This document shows positions 51,071 to 60,410 of a stretch of DNA of 64,000 nucleotides, one piece after another; within the stretch, counting starts at the first letter, position 1; each line of letters opens with the position of its first letter. The notes under the pieces are model-generated. The model did not search any database and had not been told where the DNA came from. It saw only the letters and a program-made list of their open reading frames with translations. The stretch comes from an uncultured delta proteobacterium (lineage in GTDB: Bacteria; Desulfobacterota; RBG-13-43-22): contig CAWBOS010000010.1 of assembly GCA_963790475.1 (NCBI GenBank), positions 1,728,001-1,792,000 on the forward strand, written 5' to 3'. The position numbers and the translations under genes were made by a program.

Positions 51071-52108
51071 ATGCAACAACAAATTACCGAACCGTGTGAT
51101 CTGCTCGACAATAACGGGTTGTTGACCAACCCCGGGTATGCCACCAGGGCCCTCTGGCGATATGATAGAGAAAAAATCAAAGCCGGTTGGTATCGGATCA
51201 AAGAATGGGATTATTATGCCATTCTTTCCATGGAAGATGGGTTCGGCATAACGTTTACTATGGCCGATTTGGGATATATCGGTTCGGCTGCCGTCTGCTG
51301 GCTTGATCTTAAGGAAAGAACCTGCAAACAACTCGGTGCGATGTCCGGCCTCCCCATGGGGAAAATGGGGTTTCCGGCAACTCCGGACCAGGGAGAGGTA
51401 GCCTTCGCCGATAAAAAGATCAAACTCAAATACATCGTCTCCGGCCCAGAGAGGATTATCCAAATCGACGCCCCGGATTATGTCGATGAAAAAGGGGGTA
51501 AGGGTTTAAAAGGCGAGTTGGTCCTGTATCAAGACCCTGATATGGACAGCATGGTTATCGCCACCTCCTGGAAGGAAAATCGGAGGGCCTTTTATTACAA
51601 CCAAAAAACAAATTGTATGCCGGCCCGGGGACCCATTACCTTGGGTGATCGGAGATACGAATTCAACCCAAAGTCATGTTTCGGGGTACTGGACTGGGGA
51701 CGAGGATACTGGACCTATAAAAACAGGTGGTATTGGGGATCGGCCTCTGGTTTGCTTAATGGTCACCCCTTCGGTTGGAACATCGGTTATGGATTCAGCG
51801 ATCGTTCACCGGCCAGTGAAAATATGTTGTTTTATAAACATAAAGCCCACAAACTGGAAGAGGTGACTTTCCATATCAATACCGGGGATTACCTGGCCCC
51901 CTGGAAGTTTACCAGCAGCGACGGGCGTTTTGAAATGGATTTCAACCCCATCCTCGACCGGCAAACCCATACGGAAATAATGTTTCTAAAGTCGGTTCAA
52001 CACCAGGTCTTCGGAACCTTCACCGGAAAGGTGGTCCTGGATGATGGAACTGAGCTTCAGGTCGATAACTTTCTCGGGTTCGCGGAAGACGTGTTGAACT
52101 GGTGGTAA
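51071..52108 (+). CDS. DUF2804-family protein
   Basis: RIKEWDYY, FYYNQK, LDWGRGYW, WYWGS, GYGF, SEN, QHQVFG.F.G. Confidence 0.8.
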   Translation: MQQQITEPCDLLDNNGLLTNPGYATRALWRYDREKIKAGWYRIKEWDYYAILSMEDGFGITFTMADLGYIGSAAVCWLDLKERTCKQLGAMSGLPMGKMGFPATPDQGEVAFADKKIKLKYIVSGPERIIQIDAPDYVDEKGGKGLKGELVLYQDPDMDSMVIATSWKENRRAFYYNQKTNCMPARGPITLGDRRYEFNPKSCFGVLDWGRGYWTYKNRWYWGSASGLLNGHPFGWNIGYGFSDRSPASENMLFYKHKAHKLEEVTFHINTGDYLAPWKFTSSDGRFEMDFNPILDRQTHTEIMFLKSVQHQVFGTFTGKVVLDDGTELQVDNFLGFAEDVLNWW

Positions 52109-52247
52109 TCGTTTATGAGGAAAGGGCCGGATCGACCGCAGGTTTGTCGTCGCCTTTTCTTGGCTTATTTTATTATTTTTGGTTTACATTTGAGCGGGTC
52201 TCATCTATTTTGTTCCCAACGTTTTTAAGGAGTGTTAGAGAATCCAA

Positions 52248-53036
52248 ATGATCGGTATTTTTGATTCAGGGATAGGCGGGTTGACGGTGGTGCGGGAGGT
52301 TCTGGAAAAACTTCCCCAGTACCGCATCGTCTATTTCGGCGATACGGCCCGCTTTCCATATGGGACTAAAAGCCAAAAGACTATTATTGAATACGCCACT
52401 GAAGATACGGAATTCCTGTTATCTCAGGGGGCCAAGATTATTATTGTAGCCTGCAACTCGGCTTCGTCGGTAGCTTTTGAATCCTTAAGGGAGCGATTTA
52501 CCATTCCCGTTTTTGAGGTGATTCGCCCGGCAGTTGAAAAGACCCTTCGGTTGACTCAGAAACAAAGGGTAGGAGTCATTGGAACCAGGGCGACCATCGG
52601 AAGCGGAATTTATGAGCGGTTGCTGAAGAAGGCCCGGGCTGAGATCCAGGTCTTTTCGCAGGCTTGTCCCCTGCTGGTCCCTCTGGTGGAAGAGGGCTGG
52701 CTGAAAAGACCGGAGACCAAGAGGATCGTCCGCAAGTATTTATTTTCCTTAAAAATGAAACAGATTGATACCCTGGTCCTGGGTTGTACCCATTATCCGC
52801 TGCTCAAACCCATTATTCAGGCCAAGATGGGCCGCCGGGTGGCGGTAATTGATTCTTCGCAGGAAGTGGCTCTGCTGCTAAAGGCATACCTGGAAAAGAA
52901 TCCGGAAATTGCCGGAAGTTTAACCCCCGCCGCCGAACAGGACGGGCATCGTTTTTTTGTCTCCGATCTGACCCCGGCTTTTGAAAATATCGCCAGTCAG
53001 TTTTTAGGACGCTCCATCCGGCTGGAACTACCCTAA
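52248..53036 (+). CDS. murI: Glutamate racemase
   Basis: IGIFDSGIGGLTV, PYGTK, ACNSAS, LGCTHYP. Confidence 0.96.
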   Translation: MIGIFDSGIGGLTVVREVLEKLPQYRIVYFGDTARFPYGTKSQKTIIEYATEDTEFLLSQGAKIIIVACNSASSVAFESLRERFTIPVFEVIRPAVEKTLRLTQKQRVGVIGTRATIGSGIYERLLKKARAEIQVFSQACPLLVPLVEEGWLKRPETKRIVRKYLFSLKMKQIDTLVLGCTHYPLLKPIIQAKMGRRVAVIDSSQEVALLLKAYLEKNPEIAGSLTPAAEQDGHRFFVSDLTPAFENIASQFLGRSIRLELP

Positions 53037-53177
53037 AGAGGGTCAGGAAGGGGATGACGGGAAAAGGAACTGTCATGTAAGCGGCCTGTGTCTATTATTT
53101 TCCCGCTGGGCCCTGTGACCTCCGGGTTGTGTCAGAGAAAAAGATTTCTTCTTCGGAAAAGATACCGGTTCTGTGTT

Positions 53178-53585
53178 TTAAAACTGGATCTCCATGGCCT
53201 TATAGGCGCAAACCGGCAGACAGGCCTCACAGATGATGCATCGTTCCCGATTGAAAGAGACCTTCATTTCTTCCCGGTCCACTGACAGCGCATTGGTAGG
53301 ACAATGAGGGATACAGGCCGTACAATGGGAACAGCGGTCTTTAAGGTGTCTCACCTCCTGGGCCAAAGGTTCAACTTGAATCCCTATCTTTTTTAGATAG
53401 TCCAATCCATTGCTCACCGCTTCACGACTGCCGTTTAATTCAATGACCAGTCGTCCTTCCGCCTTGGGACGGACCGTAGCCTTCAGGATATTGATCTGGC
53501 AATCATAATTCTTGATCAGGTTATAGGTGATCGGTTCTTCTATTAGGGCTGGTGGAAAAGTTAAGATGACCTTTTTCTTGGCCAT
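53178..53585 (-). CDS. NIL domain plus 2x[4Fe-4S] ferredoxin (MA1822/MJ0099-type partner)
   Basis: INILKA NIL motif; CSHCTACIPHCP and CIICEACLPVCA; adjacent to the DUF39 gene. Confidence 0.88.
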   Translation of the reverse strand: MAKKKVILTFPPALIEEPITYNLIKNYDCQINILKATVRPKAEGRLVIELNGSREAVSNGLDYLKKIGIQVEPLAQEVRHLKDRCSHCTACIPHCPTNALSVDREEMKVSFNRERCIICEACLPVCAYKAMEIQF

Positions 53586-53608
53586 AACAATCTCCTTAAA
53601 TAAATAAT

Positions 53609-53726
53609 AGGTTTAAGGTCTAAGGTACACGGTATAAGGTTTCACCTAATAAATCGAAATTATATTACATTAATCTCCAACTTCAATTCTTTTCCCTTGA
53701 ACCTCAAACCGTAAACCTTGGACCGT
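53609..53726. repeat. Inverted pair of 7-nt periodic tandem arrays
   Basis: AGGTTTA-AGGTCTA-AGGTACA-CGGTATA-AGGT ... CCTTGAA-CCTCAAA-CCGTAAA-CCTTGGA-CCGT. Confidence 0.7.
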
Positions 53727-53732
53727 TCTTTT

Positions 53733-54893
53733 TCAAGCTCCCGGCAACGGGGCCACAGGTTCGGTCAACAGGAATTTTCCTTGAAGCAGCCAACTTTTCA
53801 AGGTTTCGGCTACCTCTCTGGCCTTGCTATAGCTGGACATCCCGCCGGTAGGAATTACTTTCCCTTTAAAGGATATCTTTCCCGATTTTAATTCGGCATA
53901 ATTGACTTCGCCCAGGGTCTTTCCCGTCCCTTGTGGATAGTCATGGCTGTAATCGACAATCGGGGCCCAGATATCTTCATCCCGGACAGAGGTAAAGGCC
54001 ACCATTTCTTCATCCAGGATCGGTATTGGGACCCCGATGCTTACCGCCAGGGTGGGGCCATAACCAGTCATGGAAATTCCCCGCAACCATGGAGCGCTCA
54101 TCTGCTTCAGGTCTCCAATAACAGCTAAGGTCCCTGCGCCTGCCCGGGGGACTTTGTTTTTCCCACGCGGGGCCCCTGGATTATGCTGTGTTCCCGGCCA
54201 GCAGACATAGCCGATTCCTCCTCCCAGAAATATTCTGGTCCCCAGGCCTATGGTCCGATACATAGGATCGTTCATTAGAGGAGATAGCTGACCGGCACTA
54301 CAGTAATTGGCATTACCCATTTTCGGGCGCAGGACTCCCATATAGGTATAAATAACCTTGTCCGATAGGTTTAAGGCCACATTATAATTTTGATAGCCGT
54401 TACGGGGATTGAAAAGCACGGCATCGTTGAAATCCTTAAGGGTCAAGGTTACTTCTCTTTTTCTCAAGGGGTAGCAATCGGTCCCATAACCGGTGGCAGT
54501 CAGAACCACTTTTTTCCCGGCCACCAATTCTTCTATGACGTGGGCCCCGCCGTATAAGAACTGTCCAGGATAGACGGCATTCCGGGGGTCGTCATCGGGC
54601 ATGGCTGTGGCCCCGATAAGGATGTCGGCAGCGGCAAAGCCGGTATAAACCGGGACATTATTTAGATAGGCCTTACCGCCTCCCATCTTCATCTTGGGAA
54701 TGGGTTGTTTGACATTGAAATAGGCTCCGGAAGAACACATGGGGCTGAAGGTGCCGGTGGTGACCACGTCTACTTCCTGGGCCACCTTTTTGGCCCCTTT
54801 CTTTTTGGTCAGCCCGATAATCTCCTCAGCGGTCACCACAACCGCCTTCCCTTTTTTAATTTTTTCGTTTATTTCCGCGATAGTTTTACTCAT
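53733..54893 (-). CDS. Homocysteine biosynthesis enzyme (DUF39/HcyBio, aspartate semialdehyde sulfurtransferase-type)
   Basis: KTIAEINEKI..VVVTAEE, DVVTTGTFSPMCSSG, YGGAHVIEELV, TDCYP, NPRNGYQNY, GTQHNP; no CBS tail. Confidence 0.88.
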   Translation of the reverse strand: MSKTIAEINEKIKKGKAVVVTAEEIIGLTKKKGAKKVAQEVDVVTTGTFSPMCSSGAYFNVKQPIPKMKMGGGKAYLNNVPVYTGFAAADILIGATAMPDDDPRNAVYPGQFLYGGAHVIEELVAGKKVVLTATGYGTDCYPLRKREVTLTLKDFNDAVLFNPRNGYQNYNVALNLSDKVIYTYMGVLRPKMGNANYCSAGQLSPLMNDPMYRTIGLGTRIFLGGGIGYVCWPGTQHNPGAPRGKNKVPRAGAGTLAVIGDLKQMSAPWLRGISMTGYGPTLAVSIGVPIPILDEEMVAFTSVRDEDIWAPIVDYSHDYPQGTGKTLGEVNYAELKSGKISFKGKVIPTGGMSSYSKAREVAETLKSWLLQGKFLLTEPVAPLPGA

Positions 54894-54962
54894 GGTCAAA
54901 TCCCTCGGTGATAATTTATCATCATTATTCTTCGATACACTCGGAAAAATTCATTATTTTTA

Positions 54963-54991
54963 ATAATCCCGCTTTTGATGGATGATGTCAA
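54963..54991 (-). promoter_or_regulatory. Sigma70-like promoter TTGACA-N17-GATTAT
   Basis: Perfect -35 and 17-nt spacer upstream of the DUF39 gene. Confidence 0.45.
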
Positions 54992-55091
54992 GAGAAGAAA
55001 TGGCGTTTGTTTCGGTTTAATCAGGCAGGACCCTGGAATGTTTTTATTATCAATTACCATCAAAAGATCAATTTTTATGCGGCTTCGAGGG

Positions 55092-55737
55092 TCAATCTTT
55101 CCAGCCATGTTCACCGATCAGACTGACAAACCGGACTCCCCCCAAATCTTCTTCCCGGAACCCTTCTTTGGTTCTGGTGATTTTTTCTAGCGTTTGGGAA
55201 TAGCGGTCTCCCACCGGGATGATCATTCGGCCGTTTACGGCCAGTTGTTCCAGAAGGGGCGCCGGGATATCCGGAGAAGCTCGCGGTTACGACAATGGCG
55301 TCAAAGGGACTTTCTTCCGGCCAGCCCTGGGTGCCGTCATACACCTTGAGCACCACGTTTAAATATTTCAATTGATCGAGGATCCTCCGGGCGTTTTGAA
55401 ACAGGGAGCGGATCCTTTCAATGGAATAGACCTTCCGAGAAAGTTCGGCCAGGATAGCCGTCTGATATCCCGAACCGGTGCCGATTTCCAGAACTTTCTC
55501 CTGTCCTTTAAGCTCCAGGGCCTGGGTCATCAAGGCCACAATATAGGGCTGGGAAATGGTTTGCTTTTCCCCGATAGGAACAGGATAATCGCTGTAGGCC
55601 TCGCCCCAAAGGGCCTCTTCCATGAACCAATGTCTGGGGACTTTCCGCATAGCCGAAAGGACCCTCAAATCATTGATCCCCCGGGGGATAAGTTGCTCCC
55701 GGACCATTCTTTCCCGGGCTTGGTTTAAGTCCATCAT
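55092..55737 (-). CDS. pcm: Protein-L-isoaspartate O-methyltransferase with a 1-nt frameshift near 55281
   Basis: [32 protein letters not shown]; removing one base gives [24 protein letters not shown]...[14 protein letters not shown]. Confidence 0.9.
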
Positions 55738-55920
55738 GACCGCCTTTTTATCGAAAGCCTTTGTAAACTTTTTCAAAAATCGAGATCATAATCTATATGA
55801 ATACCCCCCTAAAAAGGCCAAGCCCTCGGCTGATCCTCATCAGGATATCAAACTATTGTCAGACAGGGTGCCTGAACTATATTATCTCAAAATTTTTCAC
55901 TAAAAAAAGGATCTTTATGA

Positions 55921-55949
55921 TATATAGGACTTGTGAGATTAAGTGTCAA
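55921..55949 (-). promoter_or_regulatory. Sigma70-like promoter TTGACA-N17-TATATA
   Basis: Consensus -35 and 17-nt spacer upstream of pcm. Confidence 0.45.
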
Positions 55950-56017
55950 TCAGATTTTAAATCCAGGGGCTATCTGGGCATAACCGCCCGGAATCCGGTC
56001 CAAGAAGGACTTAAAGT

Positions 56018-56245
56018 ATGGCCGAATCATTGAATATAAAAAGGATCGGGAAAAAACTGGGGATAATAATCCTGGCGATGGTTATTTTTCTATTGCTCTC
56101 CATGTGGATCAAAGGGGTAGAAATGAAATTCAGAATTTTCATGGCCCTTTTTGCCGGATTGTCGGCCTGGATGGGAATTGTCTCCCTGGTCATCTGGTTA
56201 TGGAAAGAAAGCAGCCGAAAGGATGCCGAACGAGAAAAAGGATAG
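56018..56245 (+). CDS. Small two-TM hypothetical protein
   Basis: AAGGA RBS, two hydrophobic helices, first gene of a + strand run. Confidence 0.65.
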   Translation: MAESLNIKRIGKKLGIIILAMVIFLLLSMWIKGVEMKFRIFMALFAGLSAWMGIVSLVIWLWKESSRKDAEREKG

Positions 56246-56250
56246 GTCCC

Positions 56251-56595
56251 ATGAAGACGGTAAAAAGAAAATTTAGAAATCCCCTGGAAATGAAAGCGCC
56301 GGATGTCCTTCAAACGTTCATCGGCCTTTTCGAGAGTAAAGGATGGTTGAACCAGACGATTCGAATCAGACGCCGTGAAAGAAGATACCGGATTTCCTGC
56401 TCAGAGATGGGATTCATAGCTTACCGGATAAATGATCACTGCGGGGTTTCTCCGGGCATTCCCGGCTGGCCGGTGTGTTTTGTCACCCAGGAACAAATTA
56501 TGGACGACTCGGATATGTCCAGATTTACATCAACCGAACCCAGCGTCCAGGATTGGTTGCGTTTCATCATGGATGACGATTTAGAATTGATTTGA
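56251..56595 (+). CDS. Hypothetical protein
   Basis: ATG 5 nt after the upstream stop; ends 13 nt before the PfkB gene. Confidence 0.65.
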   Translation: MKTVKRKFRNPLEMKAPDVLQTFIGLFESKGWLNQTIRIRRRERRYRISCSEMGFIAYRINDHCGVSPGIPGWPVCFVTQEQIMDDSDMSRFTSTEPSVQDWLRFIMDDDLELI

Positions 56596-56608
56596 AAGGT
56601 CAAGTTTT

Positions 56609-57535
56609 ATGAATATCATTGTTTCCGGTTCTTTGGCTTATGACAGGATAATGGATTTTCCAGGTTATTTTGAGGAACACATCCTCCCAGAAAAAATTCA
56701 TGTTTTAAATATCGCTTTTACGGTCAATGGTATGAGAGAGAAATTCGGCGGCACGGCCGGCAATATCGCCTACGCCTTGGCCCTGATGGGGGAACAACCT
56801 GAAATATCCGCTACCATTGGCAATGATTATCATCGATATCTGGCCTGGCTGACCCAAAACGGGCTCTCCACCAAAAATATCAAAATCATAGAAGAAGAAT
56901 TCACCGCCGGTGCCTACATCACCACCGATCAGGCCGACAACCAGATCACCGGGTTCAACCCCGGGGCCATGAAATTTTCTTCCTGCCTGGATTTCGACCG
57001 ACTCAACCCGAAAGAAACCTTGCTCATTATTTCTCCCGGCAACCTGGAGGACATGATAACCTATCCGCGGGCCTGTAAAGCCAAAGGGATCGACTATATA
57101 TTTGATCCCGGACAATCCATACCCATGCTGGGTGCCGAAGACCTCCTCCAGGCCACAGAAGGATGCCGGATTCTAATCTCCAACGATTATGAACTGGAAT
57201 TAATCATGAGCAAAACCGGATTAAACAAAGAGGACCTCCTTAAAAAAGCCTCGGCCATTATTGTCACTCTGGGGGAAGCGGGTTCACGAATTTACACACC
57301 GGAAAATGAAATCACCATTCCTGCCGTCAATCCGAAAAAAGTGGAAGACCCAACGGGCGCCGGCGATTCTTACCGCGGGGGATTGATCAGCGGTCTAGTC
57401 CGGGGTATGAGTATCGAACGGTCCGCCAGGATTGGAAGTGTTTGTTCCTCTTTTGCGGTCGAATGCTATGGAACGCAGGACTACCGATTTAGCCCTGCGG
57501 AATTTGAGGAGAGATTTAAGAACTGCTACGAATGA
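56609..57535 (+). CDS. PfkB-family kinase (adenosine/nucleoside kinase-like)
   Basis: SGSLAYD, GGTAGNIAY, FDPGQ, SNDYE, VTLGEAGS, DPTGAGDSYRGG. Confidence 0.92.
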   Translation: MNIIVSGSLAYDRIMDFPGYFEEHILPEKIHVLNIAFTVNGMREKFGGTAGNIAYALALMGEQPEISATIGNDYHRYLAWLTQNGLSTKNIKIIEEEFTAGAYITTDQADNQITGFNPGAMKFSSCLDFDRLNPKETLLIISPGNLEDMITYPRACKAKGIDYIFDPGQSIPMLGAEDLLQATEGCRILISNDYELELIMSKTGLNKEDLLKKASAIIVTLGEAGSRIYTPENEITIPAVNPKKVEDPTGAGDSYRGGLISGLVRGMSIERSARIGSVCSSFAVECYGTQDYRFSPAEFEERFKNCYE

Positions 57536-57544
57536 GTTACTGCA

Positions 57545-57739
57545 TTATAAGGAACTCTTTTTCTTTCCGACCCTTGCCGCTCTACGAAGAGAATTCAGAT
57601 TACCTTTGACCGGACAGGGTATCCCTTTTTCAACGACTTTGCCAAGTATCCCGCAAAACACGCCGTTGGCCGCCAGGCAGGCGGCATGTTGGGCTTTTTT
57701 ATTATCGGCCTTGTCACACATGAATGAACAAAATTTCAT
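57545..57739 (-). CDS. Small Cys-rich protein with a basic tail
   Basis: MKFCSFMC...ACLAANGVFCGILGKVVEKGIPCP; five Cys; fills the gap downstream of the tRNA. Confidence 0.55.
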   Translation of the reverse strand: MKFCSFMCDKADNKKAQHAACLAANGVFCGILGKVVEKGIPCPVKGNLNSLRRAARVGKKKSSL

Positions 57740-57852
57740 CCTGTTGCCTTAATTTGTTGAGGATCTTAAAATAATCTTGACCTAAGACTTAAGATCTCTC
57801 AGTAGAGGAGACCGGAGGGTCAATAATTTTTTGAGACCCTTGATAAGTAGAA

Positions 57853-57885
57853 AAGGGGTAATCCGCCACAACCGAATTACCCCTT
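57853..57885 (-). terminator. Terminator downstream of tRNA-Pro
   Basis: AAGGGGTAAT...ATTACCCCTT hairpin followed by T residues on the minus strand. Confidence 0.65.
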
Positions 57886-57893
57886 AAAATTTC

Positions 57894-57970
57894 TGGTCGG
57901 GACGACTGGATTTGAACCAGCGGCCCCCTGAACCCCATTCAGGTGCGCTACCAGACTGCGCTACGTCCCG
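57894..57970 (-). tRNA. tRNA-Pro (GGG)
   Basis: CGGGACGTAGCGCAGTCTGGTAGCGCACCTGAAT-GGG-GTTCAGGGGGCCGCTGGTTCAAATCCAGTCGTCCCGACCA; cloverleaf with encoded CCA. Confidence 0.96.
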
Positions 57971-57979
57971 ACAGGTTGA

Positions 57980-58008
57980 TTTCTACCACTTTCAGTAAAA
58001 CCTGTCAA
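57980..58008 (-). promoter_or_regulatory. tRNA promoter TTGACA-N17-TAGAAA
   Basis: Consensus -35, TG-extended -10, 9 nt before the tRNA 5' end. Confidence 0.6.
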
Positions 58009-58136
58009 GTTTTCCATTATTTTTTTCTAATGACATTCATTGAAAGAAAGACCGCACCAAAGGAAATCGATATCTTTCTGTTGCAGGTTGCGGGTTTTCG
58101 GAGGAATGGTATCGTTTTTTACCCCCCCACCCGCTT

Positions 58137-59528
58137 TCAAGCAGCCTTTCCACAATACGGGCAGGCCTTCCAGGAATCCTGAAGCTTTTTTCCGCAACCC
58201 GAACATTTCAAGATCAATGGGTAAGCGCAACTGGGGCAGTTAGCAAAAAAATGTTCTACCGGGTGAAGACAAACCGGGCAGCAGCGGGCGCCAACTTCAT
58301 AAGGGACGACACGCATCATTTCTTCCAGACTGATCATGGAGGCCATGGCTTTCCTGATTCCGCAGGCCAGCAGGGTTTCCATCCCTTCCTCCACGGCCAG
58401 ACGCCGCAATTCCGTCTCCGGGGCCTTCGTCTGGATCGCCTCCCGAAAAGTAGGGGTCACGGTCAGTAATTCAAAAACTCCCTCCCGGCCTTCATACCCC
58501 TGCCCCCGGCAGGCGGTACAGCCCTTTCCGTGGTAAAAAATATTCTCCTTCGGCAAATGTAAATGATACCGCTCCAAAACTGAAAGATCGGGCTGATAAG
58601 GATTCAGGCACTGGGAGCAGTTTTTTCGAATCAACCTTTGCGACAAGATCCCCAACAAACAGGAAGAAAGGACATAAGATTCCAATCCCAGGTTATATAG
58701 ACGGGTGATGGTGGAAACGGCATCATTGGTGTGCAGGGTACTGAGGACCAAATGCCCGGTAAAGGCCGCCCGTAAGGCAATTTGGGCCGTCTCTTCATCC
58801 CGGATTTCTCCGACCAGAATGACATCCGGGTCCTGTCGGAGAATGGAACGCAAGGTATTGGCAAAAGTCAGTCCGACCTTGTCAAAAACCTGAACCTGAT
58901 TTATCCCCTCCAGGGCGTACTCGATGGGATCTTCGACGGTAATGATATTAATACCCTCCCGATGGATGGTTTGAAGTATGGAGTACAGGGTGGTGGTCTT
59001 TCCGCTGCCCGTAGGTCCGACAACCAGGATCAATCCCTGGGGACGTTCAATCATGGCCGAGAGCCGTTCTAACTGGACCCCAGGCAGCCCCAAATGATCC
59101 ACTCCCAGAAAGGGCTGATGGGTGTCCAGAATGCGAACCACGACCTTTTCCCCCCACAGGGTAGGAAGAAAGGACACCCTGAGATCAATGCCCTTCCCCT
59201 GATATCGGATCCTAAAGCTTCCATCCTGAGGGATCCTTTTTTCACTGATATCCAAATTGCAGCTAATCTTATAGCGAGAGGCCAAAGACTCCAGGGCAGA
59301 GCGGGGAAAGATCGGCCCCTTGATTAACCAGCCATCAATCCGGTAGCGTATCTGAACCGTCTTTTCAGTAGGCTCGAAATGGATATCACTGGCTTTCAGG
59401 CGAATGGCCTCCTCCAATATTTCTTTTTGTATCCGCACTGCCGGGGATTGCTCCGATTCCCCGGAAATCTTGTCCAATAGAACTTCTTTTTTAACCAGGC
59501 TGATACTTTGTCGGATATCGGCGGCCAT
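58137..59528 (-). CDS. PilB/GspE-family assembly ATPase with a C-terminal double zinc ribbon and no N-terminal MshEN domain
   Basis: ASDIHFEP, RIPQDG, GPTGSGKTT, TVEDPIEY, LRQDPDVILVGEIRD, GHLVLSTLH; tail CPVC..CPSC..CSGC..CPYC. Confidence 0.9.
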   Translation of the reverse strand: MAADIRQSISLVKKEVLLDKISGESEQSPAVRIQKEILEEAIRLKASDIHFEPTEKTVQIRYRIDGWLIKGPIFPRSALESLASRYKISCNLDISEKRIPQDGSFRIRYQGKGIDLRVSFLPTLWGEKVVVRILDTHQPFLGVDHLGLPGVQLERLSAMIERPQGLILVVGPTGSGKTTTLYSILQTIHREGINIITVEDPIEYALEGINQVQVFDKVGLTFANTLRSILRQDPDVILVGEIRDEETAQIALRAAFTGHLVLSTLHTNDAVSTITRLYNLGLESYVLSSCLLGILSQRLIRKNCSQCLNPYQPDLSVLERYHLHLPKENIFYHGKGCTACRGQGYEGREGVFELLTVTPTFREAIQTKAPETELRRLAVEEGMETLLACGIRKAMASMISLEEMMRVVPYEVGARCCPVCLHPVEHFFANCPSCAYPLILKCSGCGKKLQDSWKACPYCGKAA

Positions 59529-59582
59529 TTATCATTCTCCTTAGGGTCAGGTCGGAAAGAATTATTTTTTCAAGAATTTAAA

Positions 59583-59598
59583 AGCAAAATTTGTACCA
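59583..59598 (-). promoter_or_regulatory. Sigma54 (-24/-12) promoter for the PilB-like gene
   Basis: Minus strand TGGTAC-AAATT-TTGCT matches TGGCAC-N5-TTGCW with GG/GC intact, 54 nt upstream of the ATG. Confidence 0.6.
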
Positions 59599-60410
59599 TC
59601 GGGAAGGACCCATAAATGTTTCTTCTCCAGTTGGCGCAGCCCTGCAGGGGAAAAGTCTTGAGGGCCTTATGGAAGCCTGTTTCGCCGACCGCTGAGGACC
59701 TGTCCTAAAATATTTCTTCACCATGAAATGCGGGGAGAATCCGGAACAAGAGTTTCCGGAAAATGTAAAGTTTGTTTTCGATTAAGGACCCATTCAATAT
59801 CATCCTGCGGATTAAATTTCTGGAGGCGGTCTTGGGTTACAAGATTACTTGTCCGGGAGGGTTCAATCCCAGGACCAGACACTCTCCCTGTGAAGTTTTT
59901 CTCCATTGATTTTTTATTTTTCCCTTGACTCGCTATTAAAAGTATAATAAGTGAAAATTAAAACTTTAGACTTTTGTTCAATTAACTAAAAACGGCTATT
60001 GCCGATTTCCGTTGTTTGGCAAATAAATTGGACCAGGCATTCAAAAATCGAATCAAAAACTTAAATTCCTTTCTATTATCCACTCTATGTAACGATGGAT
60101 TTCCCATCCAAGATCGTAAAAAATCCCCCTGTCGGCCTGCCGGGTGCACAAGGAATCAACTTACTTTAACTACAGAAAAAGGTGAGGTGAAGGGATTTTG
60201 AGCGTTATTCAATCGACTAAAGGGGCACTTAACTTCTTTTCCCCTTATCATTGCATGTCAGTTAATTTTTTCATTGACCACTAGGAATAAAAGTCTTTTC
60301 TTGAAACCGAAATTGACCCTTTGAGTAATATGGTTCCAAACCGGTCATCATTGACGATATTGGAGCGTATCTGGAAATATCTTAACCATATTTTACTAAA
60401 GGAGGGTAAG

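Noticed and set aside
57894-57970. tRNA-Pro as integration site of an island
   Set aside because: No duplicated tRNA 3' end or integrase noticed; flanking genes look chromosomal
59925-59948. TTGACT...TATAAT as a sigma70 promoter
   Set aside because: Spacer is only 12 nt
59600-60410. Riboswitch or ncRNA in the long leader before the ABC binding protein
   Set aside because: Only short hairpins; no motif I can recognise. An Rfam scan would be needed
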